From: Octopus sinensis
Taxonomy: Eukaryota
DNA length: 64,000 bases
Assembly: GCF_006345805.1 (NCBI RefSeq)
Contig: NC_043025.1
Span: 16,554,001-16,618,000, forward strand
Direction: 5' to 3'
How positions within the stretch are numbered: position 1 is the first letter of the stretch; every line of letters begins with the position of its first letter. The notes beneath the pieces are model-generated. The model saw nothing but the letters and a program-made list of their open reading frames with translations, was not told where the DNA came from and did no database searches. Positions 50,709 to 63,117 of this stretch are shown piece by piece. A program made the translations under genes and the position numbers.

Positions 50709-51420
50709 TCATCGTTTAACGTCTGTTTTCTATGCTGGCATGGGTTGGACGGTTTGACCGGGGTCTGGGAAGCCAGGAGGTTGCACCAGGCTCCAGTCTG
50801 ATCTGGTAGTGTTTCTACAGCTTGATGCTCTTCCTAATGCCAACCACTCCGTGAGTGTAGTGGGTGCTTTGTACGTGCCACCGGCACAAGTGCCAGGGGA
50901 GGCTGGGAGCAGCCACGATCGGTTGGTGCTTTTTATGTGCCACCGGCACTGAAGCCAGTCAAGGCGGCGCTGGCATCGGCCCACGTTCGGATGGTGCTTT
51001 TTACGTGCCACCGGCACAGGTATCACAACTACTATTCCCATTTAATATTGATGTACTTGACTCAATAGGTCTCATCAAGCACAAAATATCATCATCATCA
51101 TCAATATCATCGTTTAGCGTCCGCTTTCCATGCTGGCATGGGTTGGACGGTTCAACCGACGTCTGGGAAGCCAGGAGGCTGCACCAGTCCCAGTCTGATC
51201 TGGCAATGTTTCTACGGCTGGATGCCCTTCCTAACGTCAGCCACTCCCTGAGTGTAGTGGGTGCTTTTTACATCCCACTGGCACAGGTGCCAGACGAGGC
51301 TGGCAAACGGCCACAATCGGACGTTGCTTTTTACATGCCACCAGCACGGAGGCCAGGCGAGGCTGGCAAACGGCCACGATCAGATGGTTCTTTTTACGTG
51401 CCACCGGCACGGAGGCCAGG
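50705..51420 (-). mobile_element. Two tandem family C tail copies
   Basis: catcatcgtttaacgtc...catgggttggac starts at 50705 and again at 51085. Confidence 0.8.
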
Positions 51421-51479
51421 CGAACCAAAGTGTTGTGTTGAGTTCAAATTTCTGCACCATTTTGCTACCTTGTTTGCTT

Positions 51480-51790
51480 TATTCCTCAGCTTACAGCAAA
51501 AGCAGCCGAGCACTTCAGGCAGAAGGCATCGTGTTGCATTGTCAGAAGCTGCCATTCTGCCAGTTCTTTGATTTCATGCTGATATCAGTTCTAATTCTTC
51601 CAGGCAAAGAACTTCTTCAGTAAAGCTTTCACCTCCTCTTGCTCGATAGAGCATTCCAAGTAAGCCATGGGTCAGAACAATTAAGAATCTGCAATCTTAA
51701 CAAGAATAAGCAGTGGTTAAGCAAGGGGCCAGCTTCCAGAACCAGTTTGGTAAATATGGGATTTCCAACAGAAGGTGGAACGATGAGGAG
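51480..51790 (-). mobile_element. Possible mariner transposase C-terminal remnant
   Basis: EEVKALLKKFFA...YQHEIKELAEWQ resembles the mariner C-terminus. Heavily decayed. Confidence 0.4.
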
Positions 51791-51795
51791 ATAAC

Positions 51796-52564
51796 GGATC
51801 TTTTCCGTTTGAACGGCAGACAATTTCTAGTTAACTAAACACTTTTAAACTTCGTATACTGGTAGAATGTGTTAATAAAACATCATTTTTTCTTGGCTTT
51901 ATTGAGAAAATTCTATAGTTTGGAAGATATTTCCACTTTAAGATCGAGCATTTCGGCAATTTTAACCAATCGCTGGAGTCCATTTGGGGTGAAAACATTC
52001 CGTGCTGTATGAATATGTCCCTCGTTTAAGAAACAGATCGGGTTTATTTACATTTGCGAAGAAAAAAAGATACCCTTCACCCACCCCTAACCCTAAAACA
52101 GATTGAAATGCAATAGATCGATACTAGGGTTATAATTATGGGTGACATTTTCATTTGACACCACTACGTAAAATGGAATTTTTTTCTAGCGGTGTCAAAT
52201 GAAAATTTCACCCATAATTATGGCCCTAGTATCGATCTATTGCATTTCAATCTGTTTTAGGGTTTAGGGTGGGGGAAGGGTACATTTTTTCTTCACAAAT
52301 GTAAATAAACCCAATCTGTTTCTTAAACAAGGGACATATTCATACAGCACGGAATGTTTTCACCCCAAATGGAGGTGAGCGATTGGTTAAAATTGCCGAA
52401 ATGCTTGAAATTTCAGACGAAATATCTTACAAACTATAGAATTTTCTCAATAAAGCCAAGAAAAAAAGATGTTTTATAAACACATTCTACCAGTATATGA
52501 AGTTTAAAAGTGTTTAGATAACTAGAAATTGTGTTGAAAACTGCTGTTCAAAATGAAAAGATCC
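51796..52564. mobile_element. Fold-back MITE, palindromic over ~770 bp
   Basis: ggatcttttccgtttgaacggcag..caatttctagttaactaaac is mirrored at 52505-52564. Symmetry continues to the centre at ~52180. Confidence 0.85.
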
Positions 52565-52826
52565 TGTATATGATGGGCTTCTTTCAGTTTCCATCTATCA
52601 GATACACTCACAAGGCTTTGGTTGGCCTGAGGCTATAATGAAAGACATTTACCCAAGGTGCTACACAGTGGGACTGAACCTGGAACGATGTAGATGGGAA
52701 GTGAGCTTCTTGCCAGAGGGTCGGGCCTGTGCCGCTACACGGCCACTCTCTGACACGTCATCACATGTGAAAGCAGTGAAAGAGGGCCTGAGGAAGAATG
52801 AAGAAAGAAACGAGGAAAGGACTTAC

Positions 52827-52963
52827 TTTTTGAGAAGAGCCTTTATGTCTGTGAGGTATGAGGTGTTCTTGAGGTGGGTACCCCCTTCACTGGAACCCCT
52901 CTCAGGCTCAACCAGAAGAATGATAATCAGCAACGTACAGATTACACCAAGTGGGGGTGTGAC
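52827..52963 (-). CDS. SPNS1: Spinster-like exon (VTPPLGVICTLLIIILLVEPERGSSEGGTHLKNTSYLTDIKALLK)
   Basis: VTP.LG...EP.RG motif. Acceptor cctgtctag and donor gtaagt. 137 nt, ending in phase 2 (AA+T = Asn) into the exon at 46803. Confidence 0.93.
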
Positions 52964-53141
52964 CTAGACAGGGAAATAACAACAACAATAAAACATGTGG
53001 TTATCGAGAATTCAGGGATGTTTTAGTTAATGCGGGTGGAACAAATGAAATAGGGTCAGGACAATGAAAGCTGCATGCAAAGCAAAAGGTTTTGAGTTCA
53101 AACTCAAATAACAATTCAAAATAATTGTATTCACAAGATTG

Positions 53142-53637
53142 TATGAGGTCCGATCAAAAAGCATTGGAATTGTTGCTATGGTAACAAAGCTTAAATACGG
53201 ATTTGACCTTGGACACTGTTGCTATGGTAACATACTAAGTTATAACGTTTTCACTCACTTCTGCTGTTTAGGTGCTTGGAAGTAGAGTGTGGAAGATTAG
53301 GGGTCTCCTTGATTTTGTTGAGGAAGGGGAAAACTGTTTGAAAACGGTCCTAACAGCTGGTGGATCATGGGCCTGTGGCTGTGACCCTTTCCCGTTTCTA
53401 AAAATTAAATGCAACTTGAAAGGAACAAGATTTGAAGACATTGAGGAAATCCAAATGAGGCAGCTGCTTGCTCTCCCCAAAAAGGAGACCCAGGAATGCT
53501 TCCATCAATAGAAACGATGCAGGATAAAATGTGGGACTTCAGAAGGGGTCTACTTTGAAGGAGATCAAATGCCAGACTGCCAGGAGTTGTTTTCTTTTTA
53601 TAGCCCCATTCCTGATACATTCTGATTAGACTTCATA
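53142..53637 (+). mobile_element. Internally deleted mariner element
   Basis: TIRs tatgaggtccgatcaaaaagcattggaat / attcctgatacattctgattagacttcata with TA ends. Encodes CD.FPFLKIKCNLKGTRFEDIEEIQ...EGVYFEGD. Confidence 0.8.
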
Positions 53638-53912
53638 TAGCATTCACTCAAACTTCTATTAACGAACCAGTATTTAATTTAATTATCTTTTAGCTGTTTC
53701 AATCCATACATGGCCACCACCTTGAAGGGTTTTTAGTTGACTGAGTTGACCCTAATACTTGTGAGTTTTTAAAACCTTGTACTTATTCTATTGTCACTTT
53801 TGACGAAAACCCAGAGTTAGAGTAGACAACAAGGTGCCCCATGGTGGGACTGACCTGAAGCTTTGTAGTTGGGAAGCAAACTTTGCAACCACACACATAC
53901 ACCTATATTCTT

Positions 53913-54104
53913 TTCTACACTAGGCACAAGGCCCCAAATTTTGGGGGAGGGGGCAAGTCGATTAGATTGATCCCAGTACGCAACTGGTACTTAATTTATC
54001 AATCCCAAAAGGATGAAAGACAAAGTCAACCTCGGCGGAATTCGAACTCAGAACATAAAGACAGACTAAGCATTTCGCCCAGCATGCTAACATTTCTGCC
54101 AGCT
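53913..54104 (-). mobile_element. SINE family B
   Basis: Matches 39826-40023. Confidence 0.8.
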
Positions 54105-54191
54105 CGCAACCTTCACACACACACACACACACACCTATATTAATTAACCAATAAATGAGACAACTACAGAAATTATATAATCACCTGCATT

Positions 54192-54272
54192 AGTTTACAG
54201 TTGTTTCTGCTATAAGAAATTATGCACTCAAGGCTGAGTGCCAGTGCAACACATTATGGCTTCATCAGAACC
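54192..54272 (-). ncRNA. Hammerhead-ribozyme-like motif with intact catalytic core
   Basis: GGTT-CTGATGA-AGCCATAA...TTATAGCA-GAAA-CA-AC-TG-TA-AACT, with a GUA triplet and a minimal stem III. Confidence 0.6.
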
Positions 54273-54304
54273 TTAACATGAAGTCATATAAACATGTGTG
54301 TGCA

Positions 54305-54468
<164 letters not shown>

Positions 54469-54609
54469 CTTGACCGCCCCTTCTATTACTATTCTCCTGG
54501 CTGTAACACACGAAACACGAACCGCAGGATGAAAAATATCAGCTAAGTCATATTTAAGTTCCCGACCTGTTCCTCTTTTCATTGTTTTTGCAAGTATTAT
54601 TATCACCAT

Positions 54610-57600
54610 CAAGCCTTATTATTATTATTGTTTCCCCATATATTAGCGTTATCGTTGTCTTTCGTCTCAAATGCTAGCTGAAGCATATAAACTTTCACTC
54701 ACAAAAACTTATTCACACAACCGCAAAAACATCTCGTCTCAAATCTGGTCTTTCTGTCGCTTAATTCTCTAACCCATCTTTCCCAACTTCCACTCATAGA
54801 AACTTATGCACACGACCGCAAACCATTCCATCTCGAATCTTGTCTTTCTTTCTGCCGCCTAAATCTCATCTTTCTCCCAGTGAGCGGTGCGCCCGCCCTC
54901 CCACCCCCACCACCTGTACCGGAAGTCCTTATCTCACCTTGTCTTCCTTTGCTTTTCTTCCATGAACACCTAAAGGCCTTAAGCCAATACCACCCCTTCT
55001 ATATATGGTGGTGACCATATGGCACAAAAACATGATAGTGTAGTGTAACAGGTTGAACTTAAGATCATTGCTTTGCTTATGAATTCTGCCAAATGCGAGA
55101 TTTCTTCTTCTTTTCAGGTTCATGACGCCACTGCTCCCCGTCCCTGGGCCTCTCGGGCCCATACCTTCCACACCCTCAACGTTGGCACTCTGAAAGATAG
55201 TCTGGTGAGATAGTCTGGTGAGATAGTCTGGTGAGATAGTCGAGATGCTTGAACGGAGACGTGTTGATGTATGTTGCATGCAAGAAATAAGGTGGAGAGG
55301 AGGATCTGCTAGGTTCCTCACAGGCAAGGAACACAGGTACAAGATTTTCTGGGCAGGGAACACTGACGGGGTTGGTGGTGTGGGTATACTTATTGCTGAG
55401 AAATGGGTAGATAAAGTAATTGAGATAATCAGAGTAAGTGACAGAATACTTAAGATTAGAATAGTGCTTCATAATAGATTAGCAACCATTATATCGGCCT
55501 ATGCCCCTCAGCCAGGGCTACCCGATGGACAGAAAGACAGTTTCTATGACGCCCTACTGCAGACCACCTCATTGACGAACGACAGGGACCTTCTCTTTGT
55601 GGCTGGTGATTTCAATGGGCATGTTGGACGACATGCTGGGGGCTTCCATGGCGTACATGGAGGCTACGGTTATGGTTCCCGCAACGAGGAGGGAACCAGG
55701 CTGCTGGAGTTCTGCGATGCGAATAGTCTTATGGTCTGCAACACTAACTTCAGGAAACCAACAAGCCACCTGGTCACCTACCGATTGGGCCGGCATACTA
55801 GCCAAATCGACTACATCCTTGCCAGAAAAAGGGAAAGATGGCTGCTTATAAATGCCAAAACCTTCCCAGGCGAAGAATGCACTCCACAACATAGACTGGT
55901 AGTTAGTGACTTTAGGATCAGGAATAAGAGGGCGACTAGAAGACGACCAACATGGAGAAGAAGGGTCTGGAAGCTTAAAGACCCTGCGAATGGACAGAGA
56001 TTTAGAGACATGTTACTTGAAGCCTTTGACGAAATGGAAGGGGGTATAGCTATGCATGGGGTAGAAGACAACTGGACGCTTCTGAGGGACAACCTGCTGA
56101 AAGCCACTGACCAGATCTGTGGCTGGTGCAAAGTCCCTTTAAGACCCAAAATAACGTTGTGGTGAAACAATATTGTTGACTGGGCTATTAGACAAAAGAA
56201 ACAGGCTTGGAAGGCTTGGAAGAACGGGGGTAGCAGGGAAGTGTATCAGACTGCCAGAAGGGAAGCTAGGAGACAGGTCTATCTAGCCAGAGGGGAAGCA
56301 GATAAGAGAAAATTTGCCAATGTCCTGCGCCGTGAGGATGAAAGACTTGAGGTATTTCGTGTTGCAAGACAGTGTGTGAGAGAGAATCGTGATGTGGTAG
56401 GAGAGAAGTGTGTTCGCAAGGATGACGGTTCACTTGCGCTAAATGAGGATGCAAAGAGAGAGGCTTGGAGACGCCACTATGAAAGGTTGCTGAATGAGGA
56501 AAATGAATGGGATAAAGAGAGTCTGCCGAATGTTGACCCAACAGAGGGACCAGCTATCCGAGTTGATAGTTCCGTGGTAGCTAAGGCAATTAGAAGCATG
56601 AAGACAGGGAAAGCCCCAGGCCCATCAGGAATTACTGCAGAGATGCTCAAAATATCTGGTAGTGTCGGCTATAGCATAGTCACCCGTATAGTTAATCAGG
56701 TGATACACGAAGGAGTCATACTCAATGACTGGTGTAGCAGCATAATAGTCAACTGCTACAAAGGTAAAGGTGACGCCCTAGATACAAATAACTACAGGGG
56801 CATCAAGCTGTTGGATCAGGTAATGAAGGTTACGGAGAGGGTTATAGCCCAATTAATTAGAGAGAGAGTTAGCTTAGATGATATGCAGTTTGGGTTCGTG
56901 CCAGGGAAAAGTACTACTGATGCTATATTCCTGGTAAGACAGCTGCAGGAGAAATACCTAGCCAAAGGTAAGCCCTTGTACCTGGCTTTTGTTGACTTGG
57001 AGAAAGCCTTTGACAGGGTCCCCCGATCCCTTATCTGGTGGTCAATGAGGAAACTAGGGATAGATGAATGGTTAGTGAGAGCTGTGTGAGCCATGTACAG
57101 AGACGGTGCTAGTAAGGTGAGGGTAGGCAACGAGTACAGTGAAGAATTCCGGGTAGAGTTTGGGGTCCACCAAGGTTCAGCCCCCTCCTATTTATCATAG
57201 TCCTCCAGGCAATAACGGAAGAATTCAAGACAGGTAGCCCCTGGGAGCTCCTCTATGCTGATGACCTTGCTCTAATTGCTGAGTCACTATCAGAACTGGA
57301 GGAGAAGTTTCAGGCGTGGAAACATGGATTAGAATCGAAGGGCCTTAGAATCAACCTAGCCAAAACCAAAGTCCTAATAAGTAGGAAGGTGGACCAACCA
57401 CAAACGACTTCAGGTAGATGGCCCTGCTCGATCTGTAAAAAAGGTGTAGGTAGAAACTCTATAAGGTGCACCAAGTGTAAGCTATGGACACATAAGAGGT
57501 GCAGCAATGTCAAAGGTAGGCTAACTGGGAAGATAATTTTCGTATGTGGCAGATGCTCAGGAGAAATAAACTCTGGAAACGTGCAGAGACCAACTTCTAC

Positions 57601-58822
57601 CACGTTCCAGGGAGACAAACTAGAAGTAGTTGATAGCTTCCGTTACCTAGGAGACCAAGTCAGTAGCGGGGGTGGGTGTGCTGAAAGTGTAACTGCTAGA
57701 GTAAGAATAGCCTGGGCAAAGTTTAGAGAGCTCTTACCCCTGCTGGTGACAAAAGGCCTCTCGCTCAGAATAAAAGGCAGACTGTATGATGCATGTGTAC
57801 GAACTGCCATGCTACATGGCAGTGAAACATGGGCCGTGACTGCTGAGGACATGCGTAAGCTCGCAAGAAATGAAGCCAGTATGCTCCGATGGATGTGTAA
57901 TGTCAGTGTTCATAATCGTCAGAGTGTAAGTACCTTGAGAGAAAAGTTGAACCTAAGAAGCGTCAGTTGTGGTGTGCAAGAGAGACGGCTGCGCTGGTAT
58001 GGTCATGTGACGAGAATGGCTGAAGATAGTTGTGTGCAAAAGTGCTACACCCTAGCAGTTGAGGGAACCTGTGGAAGAGGTAGACCCAGGAAAACCTGGG
58101 ACGAAGTGGTGAAGCACGACCTTCGAACTTTAGGTCTCACCAAGGAAATGACTAGAGACCGAGACCTATGGAAGTATGCTGTGCGTGAGAAGACCCGGCA
58201 AGACTAGTCAGGCCATAACCCGTGGCCCCTACCTGGGACGTAGTCAGTCCACCTGTGCATACCTTCCTTCTTGTGACACTTGTGAAGACCTGTTGAGGCA
58301 AGTGAAAATCAAATCAAAAAAATCAAAAAATCAAACAAAATCAAAATAGATGAACATCAATGGAATTTGTATCATTGTGGTACCAGTGCCGGTGGCACAC
58401 GAGAAAACCATCCGAACGTGGCCGTAGCCAGTGCCGCACCGACTGGCCTCCATGCTGTGGGCACGTAACAATCACCATCCGATTGTGGCCGATCGCCAGC
58501 CTCATCTGGCTCCTGTGTCGGTGGCACATAAAAAACACCATCCGAGCGTGGTCGTCTACTAGCCTTGTCTGGCACCTGTGTCGGTGGCACATAAAAACAC
58601 CATCCGAGCGTGGCCGTTCGCCAGCCTCATCTGGCACCTGTGTCGGTGGCACATAAAATCACCCACTACACTCTCGGAGTGGTTGGCGTTAGGAAGGGCA
58701 TCCAGCTGTAGAAACACTGCCAGATCTGACTGGCCTGGTGCAGCCTTCGGGCTCCCCAGACCCCAGTTGAACCGTCCAACCCATGCTAGCATGGAAAGCG
58801 GACGTTAAATGATGATGATGAT
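54610..58822 (+). mobile_element. Near full-length defective RTE-like LINE, family C (APE + RT with PHD-like insert)
   Basis: VDVCCMQEIRW, SAYAPQ, GDFNGHVG, SQIDYIL, NYRGIKLL, FVDLEKAFDRV and LLYADD. Stops at 56163 and 57087 and a deletion near 57180. The 3' UTR has repeats and an (ATG)n tail. The 5' boundary is approximate. Confidence 0.93.
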
Positions 58823-58850
58823 GATATATATATATATATATATATAAATA

Positions 58851-59337
58851 GGTAAGTAGAGCAACAACAAGCAAGTTAAGTACACCTATTTACACATAAA
58901 GATACATTTAATTGAAATGAAAAATGAAAATGTGTGAATATTAAGAATACAAAGTCCAATTTACATTAAAGAAAACGATATCACAGGTAAGATAGGTAGA
59001 GTTTTCAAAAGTTCTACAGCCGTTTCAAGGGGCTTGGTGGTCCTGATATATGACAGATATTAGGGTCCATTGGTCATTAAAAAATTTTACATCATTGCAA
59101 ATGTAAAATTTTTGGGTACAAAATTTCTACCCTAAAGAAGGAGATGGTGTCAACCAATAATGGACCCTAATATCTGTCATATCAGGACCACCAAGCCTCC
59201 TGAAACGGCTGTAGAACTTTTGAAAACTCCACCTATCTTACCTGTGATATCGTTTTCTTTAATGTAAATTGGACTTTGTATTCTTAATATCCATGTAAAT
59301 AGGTGTACCTAGCTTGCTTGTCATTGCTGTATTTACC
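58851..59337. mobile_element. Fold-back MITE with long TIRs
   Basis: aatattaagaatacaaagtcc...attagggtccatt is mirrored at 59160-59290. The spacer is ~85 nt. Confidence 0.8.
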
Positions 59338-59426
59338 AAACAGCTCAAGGTCTAATCTCTTGAACACTTCAAAGTGTTTCTATATATAGAGAAAACCTGT
59401 CTCTAAAATATAAACTATATAATATA

Positions 59427-60213
59427 CTAGCAGCATAGCCCAGCGTTGCCCGGGTATGTAAGAGCCCCTAGTAGGCAACGACTAATCCCAATCTAGTCCT
59501 TGCCCTCTAGGGAACGAAGGCGCATGTGTAGGTTGCAATGTCTTCTCTTCACTCCCAAATAACTATCAAACAGCTATCGATAATTCAACCCAACCAATTC
59601 CTACCAGGAAGAAATTACATTCGAGACTTTACCCCCAACACCGCCACTTCTGCTAATAGCTGCTGCAGCCGTAAGTTATTCGAATACTTTTTTTGTTTAC
59701 ACTTTCTTTATAACTACCACCCCAAACGTTTTACCTTAAATTTTTGACGTACCCTAAGGGTCCTCGGACGCTACTTGCAAACTCTTGGTTTATTATGAAC
59801 CGCTTTTGTCGTGTGCATCAAAAAAACCTTTTCCATTCGTTTGTTCAGTTTGGTCACTTTTGACTTTTTCGTTGTTGTCACTCACATTGCTGTCCCGCTT
59901 TTTTGCCGTTTTTGTACATTTTTATACATTTTGGGATACTTACCCCACGTGTTCCGAGAGTTAAAAAGGTCGAGTTGCGTGCCCTAGACAGTCTGTAGAA
60001 AACGTGTTGCATATAAAAAGCTTAGATTCTCGACCCATGTCAAATTTATTGATTTTTTTTCAGAACTGGGGGAACTTTTCAAAATTTTTGCTGCGTTAGT
60101 TTTGAATTATGACATTGGGCTATGTGTGTGTCAAGTTTCATCAGAATCGGTTGAAAGCCATGGTCAGGGTGAGGGTACAACCTGACAGACAAACTGCCGT
60201 TTATATATAGAGA
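59427..60213 (-). mobile_element. Non-autonomous Helitron-like element
   Basis: Minus strand starts a|TCTCTATATATAAA and ends cccgggcaacgctggg..CTAG|t. Confidence 0.72.
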
Positions 60214-60227
60214 TATATATATATATA

Positions 60228-60617
60228 GGCGCAGGAGTGGCTGTGTGGTGAGTAGCTTGCTTACCGACCACATGGTTCCGGGTTCAGTCCCACTACGTGG
60301 CATCTTGGGCAAGTGTCTTCTGCTATAGCCCCGGCCCGACTAATGCCTTGTGAGTGGATTTGGTAGACGGAAACTGAAAGAAGCCTGTCGTATATATGTA
60401 TATATATGTATGTGTTTGTGTGTCTGTGTTTGTCCCCCTAGCATTACTTGACAACCGATGCTGGTGTGTTTACGTCCCCGTCACTTAGCGGTTCGGCAAA
60501 AGAGACTGATAGAATAAGTACTGGGCTTACAAAGAATAAGTCCCGGGGTCGAGTTGCTCGACTAGAGGCGGTGCTCCAGCATGGCCGCAGTCAAATGACT
60601 GAAACAAGTAAAAGAGT
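60228..60617 (+). mobile_element. SINE family A
   Basis: Full head and tail. Confidence 0.88.
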
Positions 60618-60659
60618 ATATATATATATATATATATAGACACTGTGATGATGACGATG

Positions 60660-60694
<35 letters not shown>

Positions 60695-60699
60695 CACAC

Positions 60700-61034
60700 A
60701 CACATTGTGCTTGAGGAGACCTATTGAGTCAAGTACATCAACATCAAAAAATCAAATGGAAATTGTGGTTGTGATACCCGTGCCGGTGGCACGTAAAATG
60801 CACCATCCAAACGTGGCCAATGCTGGCTTCCATGCTGGTGGCACGTAAAAAGCACCAACCGATTGTGGCCGTTGCCACTACACTCACGGAGTGGTTGGCA
60901 TTAGGAAGGGCATCCAGCTGTAGAAGCACTGCCAGATCAGACTGGAGCCTGGTGCAGCCTCCTGGCTTCTCAGGCCCCGGTTGAACCGTCCAACTCATGC
61001 TAGCATGGAAAACAGACGTTAAACGATGATGATG

Positions 61035-61035
<1 letters not shown>
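60700..61035 (+). mobile_element. Family C tail copy
   Basis: Tail motifs and an (ATG)n end. Confidence 0.78.
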
Positions 61036-61083
<48 letters not shown>

Positions 61084-61154
61084 TACACAGATAGATAGAT
61101 AGATACATACATAAGCTGATGATACACACACACACTCACACACACACATATATA

Positions 61155-61470
61155 TAGTAAAGGGTAAAGACCCGCTTCAGTCATGAATGACCGTGGGATT
61201 GCAGCTAGAGAGTTCCCCTCCAAGGCACAAGTCCAGGCAAGGCTGTTTATGGAAGACCAGAAGGTGCCTCCCTTCTCCCCACCACTGATGTTATCCAAGG
61301 GAAAGGCAAAGGGGCTTGGCACCTGAGACGTCACAACTCATTTCTACAGCTGAGTGAACTGGAGCAACGTGAAATAAAGTGTATTGCTCAAGAACACAAC
61401 TGACAGCCTGGTCTGGGATTTGAACCCACTACGTCGTGATTGTGAGCCAGATGCTTTAATCATTGAGCCA
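61155..61470 (-). mobile_element. SINE family C (tRNA-like head); partial relative near 44150-44300
   Basis: Minus strand reads tggctcaatg..gggttcaaatcccagacc..gtgttcttgagcaa..gttgctccagttcactcagctgt. Confidence 0.65.
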
Positions 61471-61784
61471 TATACCTCTCACACACATACATTTATAGAT
61501 AGTTCCCTATTAGTCTGCACTACTGTTGCACATGTTGCCAGGGTTCCAGTCATTGACCCCCACCCCTCCCCACTCTCCTTTCTTGACCAGCAGACTTTGC
61601 CATCAGTGTATGCTTGGAAACCACAGATGAGGACGTAAGATGATGGGAAGGATGGAGTCTGATGACGGTAGTGTGTTTGTGGCAGTTGATGATGGTGATG
61701 GTGATGGTGATGGGGGTGAAGATAGCAATAGTGATGGTGATTAATTAAATTGGTCGACATGTTTGACCCCTAAAACAAAGAAAC

Positions 61785-62175
61785 AAGTTAGGGTTGCTAT
61801 GGCTGTTGCTATGGTTGTTGCTATGGTTGTTGTTAAGGCTGTTACTATGGTTATTGTTAAGGCTGTTGCTATGGTTGGTGTTGAGGTTGTTGCTATGGTT
61901 GTTGTTAAGGCTGTTGCTATGGTTGGTGTTGAGGTTGTTGCTATGGTTGTTGCTATGGCTGTGGCTATGATTGTTGTTAAGGCTGTTGTTATGATTGTAG
62001 TTGACGCTGTTACTATGGTTGTTAAGGATGTTGCTATGGCTGTTGTTAAGGTTGTTGCTATGGTTGTTGTTCAGGCTGTTGCTATGGTTGGTGTTGAGAT
62101 TGTTGTTATGGCTGTTGCTATGGTTAAGGCTGTAGCAGCTATGACTGTTACTTTAGCTGTTTTTAAGATTGTTGC
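61785..62175. repeat. Degenerate gctgttgctatggttgtt minisatellite
   Basis: Direct reading. The V/A/M ORF is an artefact. Confidence 0.9.
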
Positions 62176-62504
62176 TATGAGATAGGGGGAGCCACAGTTC
62201 CTACCATAATCACCACCACCACAACCCCATCCCCTCCAACAACTCCCCACCACCACCACCACCATTAACCCCAATCCAAAAGTCTCTGATCAATTTTGTA
62301 TCTATTTCACATCAACAAACGCAATTTCCATTGTTTCAAATTACAGACAGCTACTAAACACCATTGTTGCTGCTACTGCTGCCACTGCTACTACAATAAA
62401 CAAACACATTTCTCATTCAACCAAATTCCAATATAATCCTTTCATGCAACTCTCACACATCTTTGCTCCTCAGGTCTTTGTCCTGTTAATGCTTTGTTGC
62501 AATT

Positions 62505-62635
62505 AAGAAAAGTGGTAGTAGTAGTAGTAGTGGTGGTAGTAGTAGCGGTAGTAGTAGTAGTAGTGGTAGTAGTAGTAGTAGTGGTAGTAGTAGTGGTGGT
62601 GGTGGTGGTGGTTGTAGTAGTAGTAGTAGCAGTCC
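62505..62635. repeat. (TAG)/(TGG) microsatellite
   Basis: Direct reading. Confidence 0.9.
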
Positions 62636-62644
62636 TTTTTTCTG

Positions 62645-63117
62645 TAGGCACAAAACCTGAAATTTCAGGGGGAGGGGGAGGGGTATCTGATTACATTGAT
62701 TCCAATACTTGGCTGGTATTTTATTTTGATGACCCCGAGAGGATGAAAGGCAAAGTTGACCCCAACAGAATTTGAACTCAGAACATTAAGACAGAAGAAA
62801 TGTCACTAATCAATCATTTAATCTGGCAACAATTCAGTCAGCTCATCACTTTAATAATAATAATAATAATGATAACAACAACAACAATAACAATAACAAT
62901 AATAATAATAATAATAATAATCATGGTTTCAAATTTTGCCACAAGGGCAGCAATTTTGGGGGAGGGGATTAGTCAATCACATTGTCCCCAGTGTACAACT
63001 GGTACTTAATCTACCAACCCTAAAAGGATGAAAAGCAAAGTTGAACTCAGTGAAATTCGAACTCAGATTGGAGTGGTGGGTGAAATACTGCTAAGCAATT
63101 TCGTCCAGTGTGCCAGC
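62645..63117 (-). mobile_element. Two SINE family B copies separated by (AAT)n
   Basis: SINE B motifs at 62645-62800 and 62925-63117. Confidence 0.7.

Noticed and set aside
61763-62185. 140-aa Val/Ala/Met-rich ORF resembling a membrane or structural protein
   Set aside because: It is fully explained by a degenerate trinucleotide minisatellite, with no splice or homology support.
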